Assembly: GCA_028023455.1 (NCBI GenBank)
Contig: JAQFVV010000010.1
Coordinates: forward strand, 16,182,001 to 16,246,000
Direction: 5' to 3'
Source: Epiperipatus broadwayi
Taxonomy: Eukaryota > Animalia > Onychophora
Length of the DNA stretch: 64,000 bases
The notes under the pieces are model-generated. The model was not told where the DNA came from and made no database searches. It saw only the letters and a list, made by a program, of their open reading frames with translations. Below, piece by piece: positions 48,380 to 60,485 of the stretch (position 1 is the stretch's first letter; each line of letters opens with the position of its first letter). The position numbers were made by a program, and so were the translations under genes.

Positions 48380-51200
48380 AATTGGTATAAGAGACGGCGA
48401 AATAGAAGTATTATGTATACAAAAGTAAGAAATGGTGATCATGTGATGTTTATTAAACATATATCAGTATTTGCATGATTACTATTTTGGAAAAAATAAC
48501 CTAAGAATAATTTCTAAGTTAATTTGTACTGGCTGAACATTAAATACCGAATTGCATTTTATAAATTTATTATGACTGCTTGTGGATATCAATTTATTTA
48601 TCTTATTTTTTTAGTAAGGAAATTTTAATTTGACAGTATAGATCATTTTACGTTTCATTAACAGCAACAACGACAAAGAAAACTTGCTTTATCTGTTTTT
48701 GTTTAAAAATTTGTCAAAAAAGTTTTTTAAAATCACTGAATGTTTAATTTGAATAATGATCATGTGGAACAATAATATACTATTATTTATTAATATATTT
48801 TCTACCACATAGCATACACAATAAACGATTTATCATATCTTGTCATTGCAGGGATCTAACCCAATTAGACAGCATTATAATCATAATGTTGCCAAGGAAA
48901 ATGACGCCAAATGACGGTGTAGTATGGTTTGTAGAAAGGGTAAAAGATGACTATAAACCGGATATGAGAAGCAATGGAAGAATGTAAATGAAAATATTTT
49001 ATACTGACTGCAAATTATCATTAACAATAAACAGTTTATGTATTTTAAAGAAATGACTGAAAATATGTATGTGCACAATTTTTCTTAATAGAAAAAAAAA
49101 ATTAGAAAAAGATAACAAATATGTGAATTTTAGAAAAAAACTTTCAAATTTGAATGATCTCGAGTTGTTTTTTCTACTTTGATTAATATAAGTTCTTTAC
49201 ATGAACGGGCGAAAAAAACATAAGCAAAAGCAAAACGTATTTACAATTATTGTACATGATTATTATTTATATTAAAAATGTAAATTAATTAAGTAATACT
49301 TTGTTGTTTTCATATATAAGAACATTACATAATATACTTATAAATATATTCATATACTACACAGAAAAATATTTCGTTTAAAAGATTAATGATTTCGTTA
49401 CCATTAAAAAGAGTAATTTGATTGGTTGCTATTAACGCCATTTCCAGCAATTCTGATCATTACTTGAAAAAATTAACAAAATTTTATTATTACTATTTTT
49501 TTTTAAAAAAAAAATAATAATAATAAAATCACATAAGTTTAAAAAAAAAAATTCATTTATTTATTATTTTGTTCTAAGTTGTATTTATGTAAAATTAAGT
49601 GTGAGAATTATATTTTTAAAGCAATTAAATAATTTTTTTATAATTTTGAACGGTGTAATTACAGTTTAAGGAAGAGCAACTTTGTGCCTTAGTTCACTGA
49701 AGTTGATGCGTTTATGTCACGTGTCATCCTAACTTCTGAGCCACTTACCCGACTTCTTACTGTACTTTTTATACTTCAATTTTAAGCGTAAGTAATTTAA
49801 ATTGTCACTTTATTTTGCAGATTTGAGAGTGTAATTGTTCGGAATAATAATAATAAAAGCTTTAAAATGAACTGTCTTTGAACTCGGTAAAAAATATTGA
49901 TTAATAAGTTCACAGCTCAGTAATATTATGTCACCATATTTTGTTAAAGATCTACGTTTTATGTTAGATATTGCACTCTACGTGTATTTTTTAGGACAAT
50001 TACTTTTTAACTTTAAATCTTTTTTTTTTTTAATACATAAAAAAAAACTTTTAAAGTTTATTAATTACTTTTACGTACTTTAATTAATTGCCGACATTTT
50101 TTAACAATGCTGTGTAATTTTTTTAAATTTTGGTTGTTTGCTGAATTCAGATATATTAACTATAAATTAAAACTTTAAAGTTTGTTAATTATAAAAAAGT
50201 GATCTAAATATAACCCCATTAAAAAAAAAGTTTGCGGTTCTTTAAGTTTTTTTTTTTTTTGGTTGGTTTTAGTAGATGTTTTATCACGTGGACAAATCTT
50301 CCTTGGCCAACATGGCTGTCTAAGCTCTTCTTCGTTTATCTTTCTAAGATTTGAAGTTATTTATTCTATAAGCTTACTAGGAATAAAACAAGGGATAATC
50401 TTCAGCAAGAAAGGTAGTGAAAATTATGTTAATGTTAATAATATTGACGAACAAACTAAAATTATTTGTTTTTAATTTGTAGTTGTTTGCTGTCTTCGTC
50501 CATCTAATGTCCTCATTTCATTTTGGACTACATTTAAAAAAAAAAAGATCTTAAAGCATGTATTTTAAAATAATATAAATTAAAAGTGATATTTAATCAA
50601 TATAACATTTTTTTTTATTTTGACTATTATTATAACTCTGAAAAAGGTGTTTAAAATAAATATTTATGCTAGATCAAACGTTAAATTGTTGCTAAACATT
50701 TAGCAAATCAGGTAATAATTAGCAAAATGTTAACCTTCTGTTTTTTTAAATGTATTGTTATTTGATTAAAAATATTACAAAAGAGGTTATTCAAATTTAT
50801 GTGGCTAATGCGGAAGAAATCGGTCAAGTTGAATGATAGCATTTTTTTTTTTTTTGCCCTCTTTAGTCAGGTCTCGCAACGATTGTAAATTTGTGTTACC
50901 ATAGCAACCAATCTAGTGTGAAAAGCTGGTAAATTATATTCGAATTTTATTGAAAGTATATTTTCTTAAAATGAAAGTTTTTTGTTTGTATACTGAAAAA
51001 ATAATAAGTCTACAAAATAGTAAAGCGACGTAAATAAGTATATGCGTGTTAGTTTGTGGGTTTTAAGAAAAACACATTGCATTTTTTGTTCTGGATGTAT
51101 TATTATAGAGAGCAAGAATATGGATTATTAAAAGTAACGATTGAAAGCGTTGAGATATGTTTGAATAAAAGTGGTTAAAATAAGATGGTTCGATAAAGTT
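48380..51200. promoter_or_regulatory. CpG-retaining region, probable host promoter / first-exon zone
   Basis: Many intact CpGs in non-repetitive AT-rich DNA, in contrast to CpG-poor flanks. Strong donors GG|GTAAGT (minus, 49749) and GC|GTAAGT (plus, 49788); X-box at 50895. Confidence 0.55.
50895..50908. promoter_or_regulatory. RFX X-box motif
   Basis: GTTACCATAGCAAC matches the X-box consensus GTHNYYATRRNAAC at all positions, inside the CpG-retaining region. Confidence 0.6.
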
Positions 51201-51249
51201 AGGAATATTAACTATTCTAAAAGTGTACGAGAAAAGGACATTTTTTGAA

Positions 51250-51780
51250 GAAATGATTAATTGATTTCTTAGAGGTAGAAAAACAAAAAATTGCGAAGAT
51301 TAAATAATGATCCAAGAAAGAAATGAAGGAATTTATTGAGGAGAGTGGATAATACTTTTCATAAAAATAATTTATTTAAAGGGAATGTGATTTTATGCCT
51401 GAAAGAAAATTATTCTTATACTAGTGCTTATGGATCTGAGACTTGGTCACAGTAATAAAAAAAATAATACAGAAACAGCAGACTTATGTTTTGGGATTAA
51501 CAAGGAGAGTTTGAAAACAATAAGAGTTTTTATTGATAACGTTGAAAGAATGAAAAAAAAACTGAAGTGGAACTGGACTAATATTTCCCTAGAAGTGATG
51601 ACAATAAACTAAATTATAAATAAGAAATTCATATATAAGATAAGGAAGTTTATGGAGAACAGAAACTGGATCGGAGAAATTGGCTTAAATTAAGAGAATT
51701 ATTCTGCAATGTTCTGATTGAAAATGATAGAATGTAAAAGAGGAGTAAGAGGGATAATTATACTATATTTGAAAATAGCC
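51250..51780 (+). pseudogene. RTE-like LINE ORF2 C-terminal remnant
   Basis: AYGSETW motif at ~51430, then KLKWNW and RNWIGE-like segments. Confidence 0.5.
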
Positions 51781-52708
51781 ATTTGATTGATGATTATTAT
51801 ATATATAAAAATTGTTTCAAAAAAGATAGTCTATGAATTGTAATTTTATCAGTTTTAATATATAATTGTTAAACACAAGTTTATATAGTCAAGACTGCAA
51901 ATTACATAAAGGAGTATAGAAAGATTATTTTGGAAATAATCTAAAGGAATAAAATAGATAAATAAATGTATGTCCAGATTAACAATTGCAATATATTTTA
52001 AAAGATTTAAGCAGGTTTATTAATAATTTTTATTAGTCATTCATTAGACTAGAGATCCAATAATGAATAAAAAAATTAGACTACAGAAATATTAAGTAGG
52101 TTATCTCAGTAGATTGTAACTTGATATTGAGCAAAAAAAATTTTGTATGAGCATTTGCCAACTGAACTGCTGTAATTTATCACTGTACTATATTGGTGTT
52201 TGAATGTCATTTGATCTTTTTAGCACAACATTCCAGTTAAATTCAAAGGGCACCAAAATAGTAAAAAAAAAAAAAAATTTAAAGTGAAAAATTGTAAATT
52301 ATTTTTGTAAGCAGAAAAATGAAATTTTATAAAAAATAGAAACAACAGTAGAGTATAAGGGGAAATGTGAAAACAGTTTTAAAAAAAAGTTTTGAAATTT
52401 ATATTTAATGTATAAAATTTATCAGAAAGTAGTTTTGATTATTACTTTCTTATCAAATGAGATAGAAAGCATTAAGGGTGCACATTTACATATTTTAATA
52501 AAAGATGAATTGTCTAGTATATATTTTTCAACTTTTGTAATAAGTATCATCATGAAGAAAATTATTTGTGCAGATATAATATAAATGAAGTCATAATTAT
52601 CGGAAATATGATAAGTGTATTGAGATAGGTTATAAATAAAAATGAAAAAATATGGAGATAGATAGTATATCAGCGGAAGAAACATGATTCAGCTTTCTAA
52701 AAAATATT

Positions 52709-53881
52709 GGTTCTCGTCGATGAGCAACCATATCCCACTGGATGGCGCAGTTATCATGCTAAAACTATAAAATATGATCATTCACGGGCCGATAATTATA
52801 ATCATTTTGATGTGTTTTTTGTAATGCGAAAATAAAAACAAAAGAAAATCGTCTTTTTTAAATATTATTTAATTTTAAATATTATTTTTTATTAACGTAT
52901 ACAAATTAAATGATAATAATAAATGTAAAATAAAATAAAAAAATTTCAATTTGATTCGTCTTTTTTAATTTTCTTTTTATTAGAAAAATCAATTTTCTAT
53001 CGGAGATTTTTTTACTGGGGTTACGGCTTTTTTTTTTTGTTGTTTACCGCTATTTTTTATTTCAAATAGAATCACAAGTAAAAGTTGTTAGGTTAGTTTT
53101 AGGGTTAGCTTTAGGGTTAGTTTTAGGGTTAGGTTTACGGTTAAAATAAAAAATATCAAAATCGTATTTTTGTAAATATTTTTTTTTACTAACATCTATA
53201 AAATAAATGATAAAAATAAACGTAAACTATATTCAACAAAGTATAACAGTAGTCGGAGAAAAGAAAGAAACTAAAACTTTTTTAAACAACGACAAATATA
53301 TATATATATAAAATGTTTATAATATATGCTTTTTATGACATTTAAAAAAACAGTGTACAATTGTACTTTTCTTACTGGATATTTTTGTGTTAATGCTCTT
53401 TTTTATTTCAAAAATATACACATTCGTGGAAATATTACGAACAGTACGTTACTTGACGCGTTACCTAATTCCAGTTCACTTTATACATATATCTCGTCAA
53501 CATTTACTACTTAAAACTTCAATATACTAAGATGTAAAAAGTCTGTTAATTATTAGTTTACAAAATCTGAACATTTCAATACTTTAAAATAAAAAAAAAT
53601 CCAATGAAAATAACATTTCCATCCAATTAAAAAAAACAGACCCTCTTCCCAAGCCGTAACCTTTTTATAAACTGTGCGAATTGGGAAAATGTATTTGCTG
53701 CATAAACATACATGCTGTACTGCGACGCGACATAGCGGCCTGCAATCTGTAGTACAACATAAAAAGTTGTATTGTAGAAAATGCGGGTTCGAACGTGTCG
53801 GCCGCGGAAACGGCATTTTTATGTGTTTTAGCGTGAAAACAGCGCCATCCAGTGGGATATGTTGGTTCATCGACAACAAAC
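52709..53881. mobile_element. 1173-bp TIR MITE with 8-bp TSD (Merlin-like by GG terminus; superfamily unconfirmed)
   Basis: ~75-bp imperfect TIRs (GTCGATGAxCxACxATATCCCACTGGATGGCGC...GCTAAAAC); AAAATATT at 52701-52708 and 53882-53889; internal TTAGG/TTAGGG-type tract 53088-53142. Confidence 0.85.
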
Positions 53882-54299
53882 AAAATATTTACTACCCACT
53901 ATTCATATTTGTTCCAACAAGTTAAATATATGGAGGATTTTCATGTTGATGTACAGAAAATGTTTGCAGATGGACTGAGTAAATTTAATTATGGAAACAA
54001 ATGAAAATAAAAAACTGATTTTTTAAAAAAGTCTAGACTAATGTATTTGTATTCAAATGATTTAGTAAGAGTTAGTTATATTGTTTTAACAAAAAAATGG
54101 ATATTTCAAAACTTTTTGCATTTAATGCAAGAAATGTTAATCTGTTATTGAGATGTAAGGGAAATATTAATGTTAAACTATTAAGTAGTCATAATAATAA
54201 TAAATTCTCTAACCTTTGGCAATAGTCTAATGAATTTGAGCATAAAATTTATAAGTTGATTTAAAGTGTTTTTCAGACTTGAATGTGCCCAATAAAAAA

Positions 54300-55900
54300 G
54301 ATATTTCACTAAAAATAGCCTTTGCTGATTAGAAAGAAAAATATAGCAATTCAACAGGAAATTGGTTTTTGAAATTAGGCAATATATATTCAGGAATGAA
54401 GGAATATGAAAATTATTTTAAAATGAATTATTTTAGAAATATTGAATATGTGGATTTTTGTAAAATGATAGCGAAAAAAAATTAATGATGGTATAAGAAA
54501 ACAACTGGAATTCCAATGAAAGCTATAGAAGAAAGTAGGTCCCAAAAAATAAGTATTTATATCTGAAATTATTAAAAACAAAGATATCATTATATTGAGA
54601 ATCATATTAAGAAACAACAAAAGTCAACATAATATCATAAATTGAAATACCATATTTTAATTGAAGGGTGACATACTAGTAAACTTACGAAGAATGGAAA
54701 CTTTCAGGAAATAATGGAATCATTATAGATATTTTGAAAAATGTAGTGAAATAAAGTGTCTAAATGATAAGGATATACCAGACAAATGTAAAAATGCATT
54801 TGATATTTTAGAAAGATGGAAAAAAATGTATTAGGAATTTCAGATCTTTTTTTATATGTAGTAGGTACTAAAAAATATGTTGGATTTAAAAAATGATTAA
54901 CATAGCATATTGTCTACAAGTGTTGTGGAAATTATTGAAGATTTAGTGAGTGAGTTGCTATTTTGCATTGGATTTGTAAATAAATTAAAAAATATTTGAC
55001 TTTGTAAATATTTCTCCTGTGATTAAAGTTTTGGAACATTCTGATATAAATCTAGAATATTTTGAAATTCTAACATTATTTGTCAAAATACAGCAGCTTG
55101 ATTTATCTCGAAAACTTTATAGCAGTTTTACAAAAAATATTTTTTGTGATTAAAATGAGAAACAAAGAGAATAAAATGAAGATTTCTTCAGTCATCTGAA
55201 TTTTGCAAATTGTTTATACAAATTTTTTTAAGCTGCTAGTAATATTGCAGAAATTATGTACTGAAAAGAACTCAAAATAAATATTAGAAAGATTAAAATA
55301 AGATTGATTTAAAAATCTTAATACAATGAATTTTAGATGGTTGAAGGTTTTACATCAAATGGGTGGTAAGCTATGGCAAATTTATTGCATTAATGATTGA
55401 TATTATCATTTGATGGCCTATGTATTCCCAACCTGTTTCAAGGCAGAAAATGTAATATTTATATATAATATGCCTGAAAAGAATATTTTTTAAATGTATT
55501 CTTGTGGATCCAATTTGGTTAGTAGAAGAGCAATACAGAAACTGCACAAAGCATGTACAGATGAATGCAGGATTAACATGAATAAAACAAAAGAAAAATA
55601 TTTGGTTGACAATAAGTAAATGCATTAATATCAATGAAAGAATTAAGAATTTGGAATAGATCTATGCTTTATAAAGCATATTTTTCTTAGAAGACATAAC
55701 AGCATATGGAAAAATGAAATTTTGAAATAGATTCCAAGAGATTTTAAAAAATCTTTGTGAAATGAATAGATAAGAAAGTTTGTAGGAAATGTGGAAAAGT
55801 TGATAAGAAATATTGCAGGTTATCATCCTATGGTAATAGATAATGGAGAAGAATGATATTGATTAGAAATAAAAATTGAGTGTCAAAATTGTAATGAGTG
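54300..55900 (+). pseudogene. Possible heavily decayed RTE-like LINE ORF2
   Basis: Purine-rich broken frames with weak RT-region resemblance (e.g. KRIFFKCILVDPIW...QMNAG). Confidence 0.3.
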
Positions 55901-56479
55901 AATATTTGTTTTTGATTTCTGTTTAATTTCTTGGATTTTCTTCTAATTCTTTACTGTCATTCTTCATTGATCTTTTTAGATTTATAAAGTAAGCATTAAA
56001 AAATCTTGAATTATAGATTATATTGTGATTGAAATATTTAGGCATATTCACTCATGTATATATCAAAATGATTTTTATGGATGATGTGATAAGTTTTGAG
56101 ATTTTCTCATTTACACTATATATGGATGCTGTTGCATTAAGCCATAATAAAATATAGCGAAATAATAAATGATGATTAAAACATTTGTGAAGCTTTGATG
56201 ATCTTTGTCCAACTGACAAAGCTAGTTCAGCAGAAATGTATCTTGGGAATCATCTTTTTCTGACGATTTTGTTCACTTGTTTGAATGAATGTAATTGAGG
56301 AAAATAATGTCATGTATGGTTATTGTTTATAATATATTATTTTTGAACAGTTTAAAATCTATCTGGGCTATTACTAATAACAATTTCTATTTAGTAAATA
56401 ATTATTAATAACATGATACATGTTAGTTCTGAATATGTATATTACTGAAATATTTTTTATGCTAATAAAGTATGTGCTA

Positions 56480-59400
56480 TGGAGTCACCATCCACATACC
56501 CATGAAATAAAGAAAAAACTGATAAGTTTCATGTTTCATAAAAAAATAAAAAATAAAAAACATGAAAATAATATATCTAGAAAACAGATCTGAAAATAAT
56601 ATATTTAGCAGTCAAAACAATGCGCAGTGATCAAAAAACACATTCCATAAGTATGATCAATGCAAGCATGCTGTAAGAAGTTGGAATTTGTACTGAAGGT
56701 AAATGCAAATTCATAAGGAATTAAATTACAAAAACAATCATAGAATGGATGTAAGAATTTAATAAGCACAGCCATACAAAGACTCGATCATATAATCCAT
56801 AAGAAAGTAATTGTCATTAATTAATAAACTATGAGAAATTAAATTTTAAAAACATATATATATATTCTACCGGACTCTTTAACCATTCTGAAACAGAGGG
56901 CGCCACCAGACCACTATGTGTCTGGAAAATTTGTTTACTGTGATCAGAATAGATGATGATGATGGTTTGCGCCGACTAGACTCGGGGAGAAACAGGAGAT
57001 TTTAAATTGTTTAGACAATTGAGACAAAAGCACAAAGACAAACGTCAGCCAAATTAAGTTTAAACATATTTCATAAATTTTATTATGAGAAAATAAATTA
57101 TTAAATATAAGTTTATGACCCAATAGATGGGGTTAACTCAGGCATGTACCAGACATACTAAAGGCAAAGCTATGACAGACTGACTGATCTTCTAATAAAC
57201 AAATTTAAAAGGGAGGAAGCAAATTTCTTTCAGCAGAGGATTCACTTAAACACTGGTTTCCACTTTATGATATTTAAACCATATGCCCCTGAAATAGATC
57301 AAAGAACCCAGTGCCGATGAGCTTTCCGAGATCTAAGCATGGTCAGATCTCGAATATCCTTATATCGGTATGAACTGCACCAATTACTACATTTAAAATA
57401 ACGGTGATTGATCCACCTCAAGAACAATCGAAAAATATCCTTGAAACGAAGAAACAATTAAACCTGGTGAATCCCAGCCAAACGATTGGCGAAAATTACT
57501 TTAAAATTAATAATTAATGGTCTCAATAAAAGACAAGTAAATGATTAGAAAACAGTTACGTCTGCCCCAGCAAATAAAGAAAAGAAAATAAACTTACAAA
57601 CAAATTCTGAGTACACGCTCTGATAAATTTAAAGCACACATAATAACTACAAAAAGAAATCTATCGGAGAGTGCACATGAGTATGAAATATCAAAAGTTT
57701 AAATACTCTAGCAGAACGAAAGTATTGCCCACCTGTAATTTAAGAAAGGATAAATTTTATCTTCCTGCTGACGACTTCCAAAATTACAAAGAAAAACACA
57801 ATTCTAATCTCCGCCTTTAGAGATATTAGAGACGAAATCTCCACCTGCGAAAATTAGACAATAAGTCATCAGCCAAAAGATTTTTGGAGGCTAAGCACTA
57901 GGGCCAACCCAGAGCATAAAATTAATTATCGAATACTAAATAATTACAGGTAAGCATAAAAAAATATATACAAGACTGCTAAAGCATTTACAAAAGTGAG
58001 GCATAAAATATAAAACTCATTCGTCACTCTCCAATAAACAAAACTGAAAGCAAATTGGAAGCTTAAAACTAAGATTCCAAGACACTATAAAATATTGGAA
58101 AACACAGCAAATATTAGATATGAGGCTATATTGATTTAAGAAGACATATTTATGATTAGATTGAGCGGAGATTTAATGAGAATTAATTTACCCTGGGAAG
58201 AATAAAAACGAAAATAGTTACCTTTCGGTAAAACAAAGTTCACATAGAGTGCACACTTTTACTTAAGTTCATTTTCAGGTTCTTTAGGCAGCAAAGTAGA
58301 TATAGAGAGGTTCCGGCTTCTTTTAGGTGTTCAAGGCATTACTGGAGCAAACTTGGAAGTCAGGGATCCGTCTTTTGTGGAGTTAGCAAGCCATTCGAGT
58401 GGTGATAACAAGTATAGAATTTTTCATTTTTGCAAGCGAAAGTATTTAATAACAGCTGATGTCCTTTAACTAAGAAATTTAAATGTCCGCGCTGATATAA
58501 CTTTTACGTGAGAAAACCACTTGTCTATCTCTCAAAAATGAATTCCTTCCCTCCAAATTTTCAGGACTATTTATACGTTGCTCCATTTCCCGCGAAACAC
58601 TTTCCTTGTTGTCCAATTTCTACGCCTTAGGCAGGGCAAATATTAATCTCCCGCTCAATCTATCTAAGAATTCTACCCAGGGTTTATTGAAATGAAAACA
58701 ACAACATAAAAATCAAATCTCCGCTTTCAAAATTGTTTACAATAATTAAAATAAAAGCAACAGGAATGCAATTAGCTAGCCAGCTTGTTTTTAAATCAAA
58801 TGTATTTAAAAACAGGCAGTATATGAAAACTATTTTAAAATAAATCGATAAACATTTTTAAAAAATCCGTTTTACATATAAATGCGTGTATACTTGGATA
58901 CACGCATTCTTTTTAAATAATATTGCAAATTTAAACTCTATGTTTAATTAAAATTAAAAGCTTAATAAATTTCTTTTTTTTTTTTTGTTTAATAACAACA
59001 CCATTGAACCGGATTTCAATCAGGTTCAATATATATATGAAGAAAATGAAAAACATGAATGTCATAAAAAGTTAGTTATTTTCATAATTTTTCCCTTGTT
59101 ATTTATTTTCGTTGTTATACCTCATACATATTGTAAATATATCCTTTTGCCAGTGTACTTTTTATAGTAGCTATATTTTTTCTGTACTTAAACATAACAA
59201 CTGTATGAAATCTCATGGAAATACGGTAAAGCATACATTTATAACAAATTACTTTTTATAAAACCCATGTTTTATTTTTTTCAAACGCAGACACCTTTTT
59301 AGAAATTTATTGCTAGCAATTATTACTTATTAACTACGTACTTGTCATTATTTTATATTTTTGTATTTTTATAGTATCAGCATTTTCATTTTCCTCATAC

Positions 59401-59790
59401 AGGGATGCATTTTGGAATTTACATTATGGATTTATTGCTGTCAATTACTTTCTTATGGATTATGTGGCTTCTTTTTTGTGAATTGTACTTGTTTAATCTT
59501 TGTTCATATTCATTCCGCGGAATAGTTTTGTAATTTAATTTTTTATGGAATTGCATTTTGCCTCATCGCTAATTTAATTTCTCACATAATGCTTGTATTG
59601 ATCATATTTATTGAATGTATTCATTTTATAATTATTGTGCATTGGTTTGCTACTTATTTGTTATTTTCAGATTTGTCTTCTAAATTTATTTTCAAATTTT
59701 TTGATTTTTTTACAATAAATAAGAAACATATCAATTAGTTTTTTTTTGCTTCATTGATATGTGGATTGGTAGTTTTATCTTATAAATAGA
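56480..59790. repeat. Diverged ~350-450-bp inverted duplication (56480-56830 plus 59030-59080 vs 59330-59790)
   Basis: Shared blocks in opposite orientation: atccacata..atgaa, tctgaaaataa, tatgatcaat.caagcat, aattaaattacaaaa, ataatccataagaaagtaattg. Confidence 0.7.
56865..58740. mobile_element. Unclassified CpG-retaining insertion with decayed ORF-like sequence
   Basis: Starts after a (TA)n run, interrupts the plus-strand copy of the inverted duplication, has higher GC/CpG, broken frames at 57100-58100 and permuted inverted motifs at 58157-58203 / 58642-58682. Confidence 0.4.
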
Positions 59791-59954
59791 TTTTTTTAAA
59801 TTATTTAAATACTCTAACAATCAACTATTTTGTCTCTTATTTAGAGACTTATATAACAGATAATGCATATCTTATGTTCAAATATGATATATATTTATAG
59901 AAAGGGTTAATTTCCATTTTAATAACCAAATGGTATGATGCCTAGAATTGTTTC

Positions 59955-60020
59955 ATGCTTTGATAGAGTGTCAGACTGGATTATACATAAGGTCTTTGGA
60001 TCGATTCCAGGATTGGCACT
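59955..60020 (+). other. Decayed tRNA-related sequence (SINE head or tRNA pseudogene)
   Basis: A-box-like TGATAGAGTGTCAGACT and B-box-like GGATCGATTCC at tRNA spacing; no intact cloverleaf. Confidence 0.4.
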
Positions 60021-60485
60021 TTCTGCACTTGGAACTTTTTAAGAATTCCCAAATAATAAAGTCATTCTGTTTTTTTTTAATAGTATGATAAATATAAATT
60101 TTAATTAAATCTCTAACGAGTAAATATAATTAAGATTTTATAAATATATTTTTTACTAAGAATTTAACTGACGTATATATTCATGTACTTTACCCAAAAT
60201 ACATATAGTCATTGATATTGAAAAAATCTAAGAAACCTAATATTTATAGTATACTGAAGAAGTTAAATAAGTAAAACTTACTAATATTATATTTGGAATA
60301 TATTCAAGAGATTCACAATAATGAGAATAAAAAACAATTGCATATCAAAATAAAAATGCTTTTAATCAATTTAAAACATTACTAGAAATTTAAGATGATG
60401 CTAATAAAAATTAAAAAGATTGGATTTAGCAACATAATGATATTAAAATATCTAGTCAAAATTACAAAAAAAAATTATTTTAGAT

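Noticed and set aside
53088-53142. True telomere or chromosome-fusion scar
   Set aside because: Short, degenerate, and enclosed within a TSD-bounded MITE.
53553-53925. Cys-rich ORFs on both strands as a zinc-finger gene
   Set aside because: They lie in the subterminal region and TIR of the MITE; no coherent zinc-finger spacing.
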